Shown here piece after piece: positions 52,601 to 64,000 of a DNA stretch of 64,000 nucleotides; position 1 is the stretch's first letter, and each line of letters starts with the position of its first letter. The position numbers and the translations under genes are program-made. Source of the stretch: Azolla caroliniana. Its lineage: Eukaryota > Plantae > Polypodiophyta. The stretch lies in assembly GCA_043228905.1 (NCBI GenBank), contig JBHGNT010000009.1:4588001-4652000 (forward strand), read 5' to 3'. The notes beneath the pieces are model-generated. The model worked only from the letters and a program-made list of their open reading frames with translations, was not told where the DNA came from and did not search any database.

Positions 52601-55064
52601 CCGTTTAGTTCCGGCGTCTTCGGTACAGTAAATTCGAGCCGGATTCCCTTCGAGCGGCAGTACTCCTCGAACTGCCCCCGGTATTTTTCTCCGTTATCTG
52701 CTCGAACCGCCTTCAGCTTCCGGCCAGTTTCTCTTTCCACTCTCGTGTGGAGCTCTTTGAAGACGGATAGCACCTGATCCTTCGTCTTCATCGATGTGGC
52801 CCACAGCTTCCGGTTGTGGTCATCTATGAATGTCACGAAGTACTGTGCTCCGACATGTGACTTCGTGTCTACTTGACACACATCCGTATGCACCAACTCC
52901 AGTGGTTCATTACGTCTCATCGGTGGCCTTGGTCGGAAGGAGGTCCGGTTTTGTTTACCGGCCAGACAGTCAGTGCACTTCTCCAAGTGCACGTTCTTCA
53001 TTGGAATGAGGTTGTCGTCTGCAAGCCTCTTCATCCCCTTCTCGCTCATATGACACAACCTCTTGTGCCACAGCTCACCGGCAGTGTCGGATGCAACATT
53101 CACTTCTTCCGGACATAACCGGGCATTCATCAGGTACAACGTGTTGACCTTCCGGGCCTGAGCCACAATCAGGCTCCCTTTGCTGAACTTCATGACACCG
53201 TTTCGGATGCTACCCGTGTAGCCTTCATCATCTAGCCGACCAGCTGATATCAGGTTCAGACGAACCTCCGGAACGTGTCGGATATCCTTCAACAGCAACT
53301 TGCATCCGGTTGGTGTTGTCAGCCACACGTCTCCTATGCCGACAATTCGGCATGTACCTTCATTCCCCATCCGGACACAGCCGTGATCACCGACTGAGTA
53401 GAATGAGAAGCATTTCCGGTCTGGAGTAAGGTGGAATGACGCTTCGGAGTCTACCACCCAGGTCATCTCGTCGCCGGCAAGGTTTATCTCACTCTCCTCG
53501 GTGATGAGCATCAACTCTTCTTCACTTGCCGCGATTGCCGTCGTTCCCTTCCGGTCCGGCCCCCTCCGGTCTTTGCCGTTCCTGTCCGGGGTCCGCTTCG
53601 AATCGGTACCGTCGGTCTCCTTATCTTTTTGGAAATGCCGACAGTTCTTTTGGAAGTGTCCCGGCTTGCCGCAATAGAAGCAGGTAGGCCTCCCCCTTGA
53701 TTTCGACCGTGTCCCCGACTTCTCCCGGTTCTGGGGACTACGGTTTCTATGTCTTCCGCGTTTCGATTCTGTAAGGAGCATTTTGGAGTCGGAGCTCGTA
53801 TCTTTATCTTTCTGACACGCCTCCTCATCTAGCAAGCTCGACTTTACTCTTGCTAGGGATAACCGCTTTCCTTCCGGCCCGGCGTTGCCCAAAGTGACAA
53901 CCAATGTCTCCCAGCTATCCGGGAGGGAACCGAGCAGGAGTAGCGCTAGTACCTTATCGGCGAGAGGTACTTCCAATGAAGTTGCCTAGCATTCATGTGC
54001 TCCGCCATGCTGGAGCCATCTTGGTACCGGAGTCTTACTAGCTTCTGGAATACTGAGACCTGATTAACAACATTTTTGTTTTGAAACATTATGCTGATCT
54101 TCTCCCAGAGCTCGTGAGCCTTGCTCTCTTCATTGAAGTTGTTGTAAAGGCTCATGTCGATGAAGCACCATATGTACGCCGTTGTCTTCATGTGCATCAC
54201 CTCCCATATCGCGGCGTTGATTTTGTCCGGTCTCTTGTCCCCGAACTGAACCGGCAGCCAGAGGTCTTTAACCACGAGCATGTCCCTCATCTTCGACTTC
54301 CACACTGAATAGTTGGAGCTGGTGAGCTTGAACATGCCGCCAAACGATTCGTCCATTTTCTGTGTCGTTTTGCTCTGATACCACTTGACGCGAACAACAC
54401 GCTCCCTATACGCAACGCTCGGCCACAACCGAGCTTAGAATCATACACAGAAAACGGGAAATGAAACGCACGACACAAAGAAGAGAAGTGTACACAGGAT
54501 GTTTACGTGGAAAACCCAAAGAGGGAAAAACCACGGCAGCCCACAGACTGCAAACTATCACTATGCTAGAATGTACAACAGTGAGTTCACGGAGGCAACG
54601 ACCTCGTGCTCACGATCTTCGCCACAGACGGCGATTACAACAGAGGCAACGACCTCTTTCTCACTCTCTCTCTCTGTACACAGTTCCGCGCTCTCTCTCC
54701 TTGCGCCAACAAGAAAATAACAACAGTTACCTAAAAGTTTGCCCTAAGTCATATTTATACTAATATGACTTTTCGGCTATTTACAAATATAGCCTCGATG
54801 GACTCTCAGAAACATATTTACGAATATGTCTCTTCATCCGGTGAGCATTCCTCACCGGGTCTGCACCATCTGGCTCTCCGTAGCCGGGTACTCCTCATCC
54901 GGTCTTCACCGGGTCTACACCATCCGGCTCTCCGTAGCCGGGTACTCCTTATCCGGTCTTCACCGGGTCTGCACCATCCGGCTCTCTATAGCCGGGTACT
55001 CCTCATCTGGTCTTCCCAACACTGTTCTTCTCCTATCCCATCCGGAGGGACCTGTCTCCCAATA
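49637..55064 (-). mobile_element. Full-length inner Ty1/copia (Tnt1/Tto1-like), LTRs 49637-50319 and 54386-55064
   Basis: Two ~680-bp LTRs differing by about 28 substitutions (hand count, essentially all transitions), 5-bp TSD TTTTT, PBS TGGTATCAGAGC (54372-54383), PPT AAAGGGGAGCT (50320-50330), three 54-bp repeats per LTR. Confidence 0.96.
50330..54356 (-). pseudogene. Copia gag-pol polyprotein, disrupted (gag frameshift ~53985, stop at 51169, frameshift ~50910)
   Basis: CFYCGKPGHFQKNC, WVVDSEASFH, LWHKRLCH, LVHTDVC, NGLAERMNRT, QLDVKTAFLHG, LYVDDML, CDSQSAIHLAKN, SDMLTK. Confidence 0.95.
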
Positions 55065-56757
55065 TTTTTTGCTTTTACCGAACTGTCTTATTTCCGAACT
55101 GTGTACTCTGTGTTTACGCACACGCTTCCGTACACGTATTCTTTTACATGGTATCAGAGCGCGAGGGTTGAAGTCCTCTGCAGCCAACAAGAAAAGCTTG
55201 TGACCAAATAGAGTTGAAGTTCTTCGTTTTTTTCGGAAAAGAAAAAGACAACAATATGGACAGAGGTATGGGAAGCTCGCTATCGACTGAGAACCTTGAA
55301 AGGAGCAACTACGCATCTTGGTCGTACAAGATGCACCAGTACCTGCTCGGTCACGCTATTGGAGTTATGTCGATGGAGCTAATGATGTAGCACCTGATTC
55401 GACACACAAAGATTTTTCGGCTTGGGTTCTCTACTGCTTTGCATCTTGTGTGAGCGACCAGCTATTGAGCTATATTCGGGATGCTAAGATGCCAAAGGAC
55501 ACATGGGCGAATCTCAAAAAGATTTTCGCCGCAAGCACAATGGCCAGGAAGCTGCAACTCAACAATGTCCGGCAGAAAGATCAGTCTATGGCCGATTACA
55601 AGGCTTGAATAAAGGAAATCTGTGACTCACTCGCCTCCGTCACCGTGAACGTGCAAGTGTGCCTTGGTGGGCTAGCGTCCAGGTTTGGAGCTTTCCGAAC
55701 AACGGTCTGTACAAGGGAGAATACGCCTTCGTTTTTCGAGCTTCAATCGATGTTGCTCGTAGAGGAAAACCACGCGGGTGCGTTGACGAGTACGCACGCT
55801 GACTGCAAGATGATGTACACAGAAGAAGATAGGCCCCGTGGTCGTGGTGGACGAGGCGGATCGGCGCACAATGGAGGCGGTTGACAAGAGCAGAACAGGT
55901 GGCATAATCGAAATACCGACAACAATTGCGGACCCTCCACAAGCAGGGGGAGTCATGGCGGTGCTAGAAGCCGGCAAGAGAAGGCCACGTCGGAATGCTA
56001 GTACTGTGGCAAGAAAGGCCACAAGGAGAGTGAGTGTTGGAAAAAGAGAGCTGATTCAGACAAAGACAGATCGAGCCGAAGAGATGTAGAGAGGGGTCAG
56101 AGATCGCACTACGCAGAAGGCTTTGAACGAGCCGAAAACAAATCGGGCCCAACCTTCGTAATGAAGCATAAGGCCAATTCTATGGCCGTGAACACCTCGA
56201 AATTGAGCGAGGTGTGGTATGTTGATTTCGGAGCGTCAAATCATATGACGAGTCACGAGGAATGGTTCTTGTACTTGGAGAGGTTGAGAAAACAAGGAGT
56301 GGTCGAAATTGGAGACGACACTCCGCATACCATGGAGCATGCCGCCAATGTTCCCCTCAGCCACGTTGGGCAGAAAGGGAAACTCATGAACGTGTTGCAC
56401 GTCCCAACAATAACGAAGAACCTGGTGTCGGTCGATCAAATCGTCGACCGGGGAATGCAGGTTCGATTCACGTATCTCAGCTGCTTTATAGAAGAGGAAG
56501 GCAAAGTAATCGCGCAAGGGCGCTGTGAAGGGAGGATGTTTATCCTCGACACTAATCAAGCCTGAACCGTGTTGTACGCGAAAGGACAAAAGGTCGAATA
56601 AGATATTGAACTATGGCACAAGCGGTTCAGGCACGTAAATTTCCCATGGCTTCATAAGATGCAGACGAAGAACATTGTTTTCGGCTTGCTGAAATTTCGG
56701 GGCCGTAATGGCCAAGTTTGCGAAGCCTGTCAGATGAGAAAACAACACCGACTTCCA

Positions 56758-59700
56758 TGTTAACTCTTAGGGCCGGACAATGGCCTAACACAGGGTGTCT
56801 ACGGAAGACACTTCACCAAAGGGGTGTTACAGCAACAGGATTAGACTCAATGCTTAATCCGACTTAATTAGGTTACTTAGCATGATCGTCTTTAATAATC
56901 ACACGCGTAAGATATAACAATGAATGCAGAACGGCAATTAACATAGAGAGATAACAACACTAAGGTTTATTAATTAACCGCTATTCATTACATTGTATCC
57001 GGGCCTTTAAATAGGTTTCCGGTCTGTATTACAAAACGGTGCCATCCGCACCTGTTCGGGATCGGTTTGGATCCGGAACGGCATACCGATTCCGGTCCGT
57101 CCATCCACACTCATAGCTTACTTACAACCATTCCTACTAATTAAATAACTCCCCATTTCACACTCTGGACTCCTTTGCCGGCCGGTAACACATGGCACGC
57201 CCGTGGGACAGTACCTTGTACGTCGAATCCACAACCGACCCTTGCTATTCTTCGTCCAAGATATCCAGAATGCTTTGTTCGAGAGTCTCCAATGGTTCAT
57301 ATGGAATTGGTTGTTGTTGTTGTTGTTGTTGTTGTTGCTCTATTGATGTCTGCTGCGACGGGTCCGTTGGTGGCTGCTGTGGCTGCTTCTCCGTTTGTTG
57401 CTCTGACACCGGCGTCTCCGTCGTTGCTCCCTCCGTCGTAGTGGTCTCCGGTTGACTGGTTCCGGGCTGGCCCTCGGCCGGCGACGGTTCCTCATCTCTA
57501 AGGTTAACCGTTGCCGCTGCCCGTGCTTTTTCTTCCCGAACCTGGGACCGCTCGTAGCTTTCAAACTGGATTTGAGCGTCCAGCCTATCATCGTCTAGCT
57601 GAGCTACGAGTTGCCTGACCTGCGCCAGCTGTTCATCCGCCAGGACTTGGAAGTCGTCGGCCAGCTCGTCCCGTATGGCGGTGAAGTCCTCGGAAGTCAA
57701 CGTATAACAATCATCTCCTTCCTTCCGCCGGTTTGCCACGTCTGCCCGTAACAATTGGAGTTCTGCCGCGTTTTGTGCCCACTTTGTCCACCATCTTACG
57801 GAGCTTTCGTCAATCAAGTGTTTTGTCTGATTCAGCCATGCCCGAAGGATGGATTGAATCTGGCCCGTTCCCAATTGCGATTTAGTTTCCGCTGCTTGCC
57901 GTTCCTCCTTCAGTTGCTTGATGATTTTGACGTTGTCTTCCGCCTGCTCCTTGTAATGCGTCAATTGCCTTTGATATGTGCTTTGTAATTTCTGCAATAC
58001 CGTTGACGCTCTCTCCTTTTCTTCCTGCTGCTGCCTCTGGAGCTCCATCCGGACCTTCTCCGCCTCGTCCAAGCGTCTTATATTTTCCGCACGTTCGTCG
58101 GCGATCGCCGTTGCGGCCTGATCAACTTCCTGCTGGAGCTTGGCCATCCGTTCCTTATGCTCCATTTCCAGCCGTTTGTAGTCCCGGTGCAGGTGCTCAA
58201 AATCATCTGTCTTTTGCTTGAGCCGTGCGTTGATCTGTCGACGGGCCCGGTCCTCGCGGTCCTTCTGCTGGCGGAGCTCTTCCTTTAGCCGTTCAATTTC
58301 CGTTTCCGCCGTCTTCCGCAACTTGTCCTTTTCCTGCAGCACTTTGTCTTTTTCCTCCCTTAGCCTGTCGTACGCTTGATGACCTTTCCGGAGGCTCTCC
58401 TCTGCCCGGCGGAGGTTCTCAGCAGTCTTCTTTAATTCGGCTTCGGCCGCTGTCTTCAATTCCCGTTCACGGCTCCTTAGCCCTTCTTGTGCGGCAAGTT
58501 CATCTCTCAATTCCGCAAGCTCCTGGTCTTGCGCTGCATCTCTCGCCGGAACGGTGTCCGTTGCCGGGGTCTTATTGGTATGTATAGGTCGATCCGTTTC
58601 TTTATTCTGTACATTTACCGGAGTCACCGGTGATTGGATCTGTGTTGCCGTTAAGGCCATTTTGGCCATCTCTGTCGTGACCTAATCCAAGTCTTTTTCA
58701 AGGCACCGGATTCTGGATCGGGCCATCTCTAGTTGTTTGGTTGTGACGAGGAACCGTTCGCTTTGCGCTCTTTCTTCCGCCTCAATATATCCCACTGCTC
58801 CGGCAATCTGTTCGCCTACCCACCGGAGCCACAGGCTACCAGTGCCTTGTTGTTGCGTTTGCCCGGAGCTTTGACGGATGGGCTCACTTGTAGATGGGTG
58901 GTCCCGCCTGATTGTGCCGAGTTGCAATTCCGTTTCTGCCTGTGGAGCACCCTGCTGTCCTGGTTCCCCTTGCGCTTCTTCTTGGCTGGCCGAGGGAGGC
59001 TGCATTGACCTTTCCGGCTCTGGCGGGATGGGACTTGCCGGTGTTGCCAGTGGTGCCGGGGCTTCTGATTCCGGTGCCATGCGCACCGGTTCCGGTTCCT
59101 CCCTTGGCGTGGGAGTCTTAGTATGGGGAGCCGGTGTTCCCTCCGTCTGAGGGTCCGAACAATTCCCGACTGCCTCAATGGTCCTTGCCGACGACCGTCG
59201 CTGGAGGTGCTCTGTAGGCTCCTCCTCTATTTCCTCTTCCTGAGTCCCGGCATTGAGTTTTGCCGCCAAGGGGTCTGCTTCTCTATTCACCGGTCGGCGG
59301 AGTGTAACCTTTATGGGCCGTGCCGGTGGTTCCTCCTGCGCATCCGTTGGCCACTTCTGGCTGCCGCTCTCCTTTCCCGCCTGTTCTGCGTTCGCCGCCT
59401 TCCCCTTAGTGGCCTTAGAGGTCAACAACTGTTGTCTTTTGGAAGCTGTCTTTGGGGTGCCGTCCGCCACTCTTCCTCGCTTCTTGGGCTGGACGGGCTA
59501 GACGGGTGGCACAAGCAAGGTGAGCCACTGCGTTACGACGTGCCATATCCTCCGTCCGTCTCGGCCTTCTTTGCCGTCTTTGCCTCTGACGATCTCGATC
59601 GCCGCACACAACCCGTCTGCGATCAATACCGGCCAATCCACCTTGATACCTTCATAGGTGGCAATGATCATCCCTGCCCGGTTCTGCGGCATGACAGGGG

Positions 59701-62583
59701 GTCTAGGGTACACATGGCCGTATTCGTGGAGCACACGAGCAATCTCGCGGAACAACATATCTCCGCCGCCCTGTGTCCGGTAGCCCTTGCTTGCTAGGGA
59801 GTACTCACCAAAATACTTGATGAGTTGCTCTGGGGTCGGATTGTCAATCGTGAGTATGCCTCCCTCCAGAAGGCCTGTTAACGCTCGAATCGCCTCCGCC
59901 GTTATGACCTCTGTGTCGATTTCTTTGATCACCTTGTCAGCTTCTTTGTGTGGCGGTACTTCCATCATCATCAAGAAGCCCTCGAGCCCGTGTTGCTTTA
60001 GCCATGTCTTGGCGGCCTCCGACAACGTTTGTGGGTCCATGTTTGTGTCGAGGTCGGATTGCAGTGGCGAGGTTGGATGGTGATGAGAGTGAGATTGAGA
60101 GAGAGAGAGTTCAGATAGCGGGGGTTCTCTGTGCGTAGGTTCTCGTCTGATGATCTTGCAGCGCCTTGGTGCTTCTGTGCTCCTGGGTTCTTGAAAGTAG
60201 AGGGTTTCCACGCGCAATGGTTTTTCTCTGTGCATTCTGGCGCCTTTTTCGAGTGTGTGCACGTCGTGTACTAAAATAGCATTATGTCCTGTGGTGGCGC
60301 TTTAAATGCCCACTACATACCTTTTCGCTCCTCGCTCTTTCGTCCATTCATTCCTCGCTTTTGCATGATTACTTCATTTTTTTTTTCTTTTTCTGTTAGT
60401 GTAACGTTACTTGTTCGTTGGTCCTATCGGACCCTTACCGGCCTCATTCTCCCCAGTTACCGGCTCACCGTCTCTGTTGTCTTGGTGGTTGCCGTTTCCC
60501 TCAACGATGTCGGTCCTCTATATGGCTTCAATCGGAATCCGTTGACCCATTTGCCTAGCACTTTGCCGGCAAGTGTCCCTAACTGGTAGGACCCATTATA
60601 CTCACGTGTTAGCCAATACGGTCCGGTCCATCTAAACCATAGTTTACCTGACATCTTGCCCATCCGGGTCTGAAATACTAACACCGGTTTGCCGATTGCG
60701 AACATTTTTTCGTTTCGTTTCCTGTGCCGGTCGACAAATGCTTTCCGTCGCCGTTGTTCCAATTCTAAGTGCAGGATGCTTGCCAGTCGTTGTTCCTCGA
60801 GTTCACACAGCGTTGTTAACCGTATTGCCTCCGACTCCTTCTCGTTCAGCCATTCCCGTAGCTGGATCCGTAAGCTGGGTACTTGGAATTCCACCGGCAT
60901 TACCGCCTCTAGTCCGAACGCTAACCGGAACGGTGTTGTTTGGATGCTTGTTTTGTATGCCGTCCGGTATGCCCAAAGCGCGCTATGTAGCTTGGTATCC
61001 CAATCCGTTCGGTTTTCGTTGACGATCTTCCGGAGGATATTCTGGAGCGTTTTGTTCGTCGATTCCGCTAACCCGTTCGCTTGCGGATAGTATGGTGTGC
61101 TCCGTTTATGGACAACGGCATAGAATGTCGTCAGGCTTTCAACTACTTGGCCGAGAAAGTGCCCCCCTTGGTTGCTTATTAATTCGATTGGGCATCCGTA
61201 ACGGCACCAGATGTACTCGTATAGAAATTTCTCCGTTGACGCAGCGGTGTTGTCTCTTAAGGCTTTGGCCTCCACCCATTTCGTGCAATAATCCGTCGCG
61301 ACGATGACGTACCGATTACCCGTTCTCATTGCTGGTGGTTTGAACGGTCCAACAAAGTCCAGCCCCCACTTCTGGAATGGCTCGAGTGGTAGTACCGAAT
61401 GGTGTGGCATACGAGCCTGCTCCGTTGGCTGGCCCATTCGCTGGCATAGGTCACATTCTTTTGCGTACTGTACCGCATCTCTTAATGTCGTTGGCCACCA
61501 TAGGCCACTTTGCCATATTTTCCTGGCCGTTGCATCTCCGGCATAGTGACCTCCGGCAACTGCGCAGTGGGCTTCCCTCAGTATCAGGTCCTTTTCATCG
61601 CTGCGCACAACCCGTCTCCATATGCCGTCCGCGCCCTTGTGGGAAAGTGTGTCTTGTAGTAAGCAGAAATGTCGGCTTTGCACCACCAGGCGTTTTCGTT
61701 CGTCCCGGTTCATCTCTTCCGGAGGCAGTCTTGTGCTCAGAAACTGGTGCATGTTTGTGAGCCACTTGTCTTCCTGTGCCACCATCTCATCTGCTGCCGT
61801 TTCCGTAGTGACTCGAAACAGCTCCGCATCCGGAAACTCATCCGCTACTCCGTCACCCGTCTCTCCGGACTCTAATCGGCTTAAGTAATCCGCCACGACA
61901 TGCTGTATACCGGGTCAGTGGAATATTTCAAACTCAAATTCCTGTAACAGTAAGGTCCATCGGGCCAATTTGCCGGTGAGTGACGCTTTGGACACCAGGT
62001 AAAGGAGTGTTGAATGATTTACATGGAAGGAAAACTTCCTTCCCAATAAATAATCCCGAAACTTTGTCACACTGTAGATCATCCCTAGAGCTTCTCGTTC
62101 CGTGGTAGAGTAGTTCCGTTCTGCTTGGGATAGCTTTCGGCTGGCATAGTACACTGGCCGGTACCACTTTGGCTCCGTAAGCTGCATCAGTACGCTTCCG
62201 ATTGCGATGTCGGAGGCATCCACGAACACATGAAATTCTTTACTCCAATCCGGAGGCTGCACTACCGGTGCTTGCGACAATAGTACCTTGAGGGCCCTAT
62301 ACGCCCTATCCTCGGTGTCAGTCCACTGGAATGATGTCCGATGTACGGCAACATGCAACGGTGTAGCCAGGTCGGCCAAGTATCGGAGCATCTGGCTGTG
62401 CCACCGGATTTGGCCTAAGAACTGGCTTAATGCCTTTGCCGTTGCCAGCGCCGGTGCTTCTAATATGGCTTTCACTTTGTCCGGGTCGACTGCAATACCT
62501 TCCTGGCTCACAATATGTCCTAATAGAGTTCCACTGGACACGCCAAATACACACTTTGCCGGATTCAAGCTTAGCCGGTACGC
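56758..62583 (-). mobile_element. Athila-like non-chromovirus Ty3/gypsy, 3' half: RT end, RNase H, integrase, extra ORF, 3' LTR (56758-57126)
   Basis: KCVFG...LLGHIV, VDASD, ERNYSTTERE, LLQEFEFEI, ADYLSRL...FPD, WGLDFVGP, YYPQANGLAE, WTGPY; TG...CA LTR preceded on the minus strand by a purine-rich tract; lineage name tentative. Confidence 0.9.
57245..60040 (-). pseudogene. Extra 3' ORF of the gypsy element, 932 codons, two in-frame TAG stops
   Basis: ORFs 59498-60262, 58682-59470 and 57245-58669 share one frame (gaps of 27 and 12 nt); ATG at 60040 (MDPQTLSEAAKTW); globular N-terminus, Pro/Glu linker, long coiled coil. Confidence 0.8.
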
Positions 62584-64000
62584 TGTCGCGTTGCTACGCG
62601 TGTGTGTGGAGAAACGAGGCGGGACCACCGGGGTCTTGAACCGAAGAGCAGGTGATAAGAGGGGAAAGAGAAAGAGAGAGACGACCGGTTACGTATGAGC
62701 AAAGAAACACAGGGGCACGGCCCGTCAATGCAGAAAACACGAAGGGACACAGAGACAGAGAGACACGAATGTTTGTATATTAACAAATGACACAAAACAG
62801 CAGAGCACACGAGCGGTTACAACCGAACAGGCCGGCGAACAGATGCCGATGCCTGTTCGTCTGCGCACGAAAGGGGATAGGATGGAGGTGCTGCCGGAAG
62901 CACACGGGCGTTCCTCGAAGCAGCGCGAGCCTCCCGAAATCTTGTAGAGAAGAGCGGTGGAGAATGAACAGAGGAGAAGCGTTCGGTTACGGTTCGACAG
63001 CACTTCGTCCTCCTCAATGCGCCGATCCCCTTCTCCCTCACGTCTCCCTCCCCTTTATAGCTTCAGGAAGGGAGCCGTCTCCCTCATTTACTTCCTACCT
63101 ACCGAATCTAACTACCCTCGGATATGCCTATGTACCTAATTCCCTATTATATACATTAAAGGGCGTGCACGCGTGAAGAGCCGGTTCACGCGCGCTATGC
63201 ACCGATTGCGCTAAGGGACGGTTTTCTTCACGACATCCGCCCCCACCTAACCGCACATCCACCGGTATGCGCCAAAATTGTGCTCTGGTTGGAGAAAACC
63301 GGTCCGAGTTCCGGTTCTTCGTCCACCGGTTCGTCCTCCGTTTCGGATTGTTCGTCGTCGCTTTCCAGGCCTCTTAGATCCGGTTCGCCGTCGTGGCGCT
63401 TCTTGAACGCTTTGATCCGCTTCCTTGCCACCGTTATCGCCATCCTCGTACCGTCGAGTTCCGCCAGGTGATACGTCTTGTTGTCGTTGGCGCTCGTTAC
63501 CACGTAAGGCCTGAACCACCGCTTTGCAAACTTCCGTGTTGCCCGGTGCTGGTTGTCGAGGCTGTTGTCGTAGACTAGCACCCAGTCGCCTTCCTCGATT
63601 TTCTTTGGTCGGAGCCAGTGCGTTTGGTCGAACTGGGCTTTGTTCCTCATCCTCGCCGTCCGAAGTCTTTCCGCCGCTCGGTCCACGTCCTCTGGCCTTC
63701 ACTCGAGCTGCCGTATACGCGCCGCTAGCAGTTCTTCCCGGCTCATCTCGTCTCTCCAGTCCACTGTCGCCCAAGAGGAGATCGTCCGTTCCATCGGCAT
63801 GATCGGCTTCTGTCTGAACATGAGCTCTAACGGCATGAACCCGGTTACTGAACTGTGTGTTGTCCTGTCCACCCACAAGGCATAAGGTAACAGTCGTGGC
63901 CAGTTCCTGACCTGGCCTCCGCATGCCCGGACTAACGCTTTGATGATCGGTCCGTGTCCGCGCTCCACCTTCCCGTTCGCCTCCGGATTGTATGTTGTGG
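62584..64000 (-). mobile_element. Ty3/gypsy element C: 3' LTR (62584-63235), PPT and integrase C-terminus; continues off the right edge
   Basis: LTR TGTCGCG...CACGACA, PPT GGTGGGGGCGGA, integrase YNPEANGKVER, ALWVDRTT, GDWVLV, KRWFRPY. Confidence 0.92.

Larger units (their letters stand above)
49090..56757 (+). mobile_element. Outer Ty1/copia element: split 5' LTR (49090-49636 + 55070-55148), tRNA-iMet PBS (55149-55160), decayed gag-protease-integrase start (55256-56757)
   Basis: TG...CA followed by TGGTATCAGAGC; NYASWSYKM, YCGKKGHKESEC, WYVDFGASNHMT, LWHKRF.H, CEACQ..KQHRLP, then cut by a gypsy LTR. Confidence 0.88.

Overview
Eukaryotic land-plant nuclear DNA (the retroelement content suggests a non-seed plant such as a fern, but this cannot be fixed from the sequence). 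It contains three host genes on the + strand: an intronless Exo70 exocyst subunit (20553-22427), a five-exon uncharacterised HhH-GPD DNA-glycosylase-fold gene (24191-27365) and an intronless multi-pass membrane protein (41231-42685). These lie among transposable elements. On the left, a Ty3/gypsy element with a 2.1-kb LTR carrying a 105-bp tandem array sits in an L1 LINE, followed by a decayed Copia. In the middle are a near full-length L1 between (GA)n tracts with nested insertions, and several MITE/hAT elements. On the right (47.6-64 kb) is a four-level nest of Gypsy and Copia elements. The most unusual signals are a U6 snRNA 3' fragment embedded in an array of 130-bp self-complementary units, a -1 frame change between protease and RT at the same T-run in two diverged gypsy copies, a palindromic LTR core shared by two different Copia elements, and a 932-codon extra ORF behind the integrase of an Athila-like element. 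All alignments and counts were made by eye; no database search was run.
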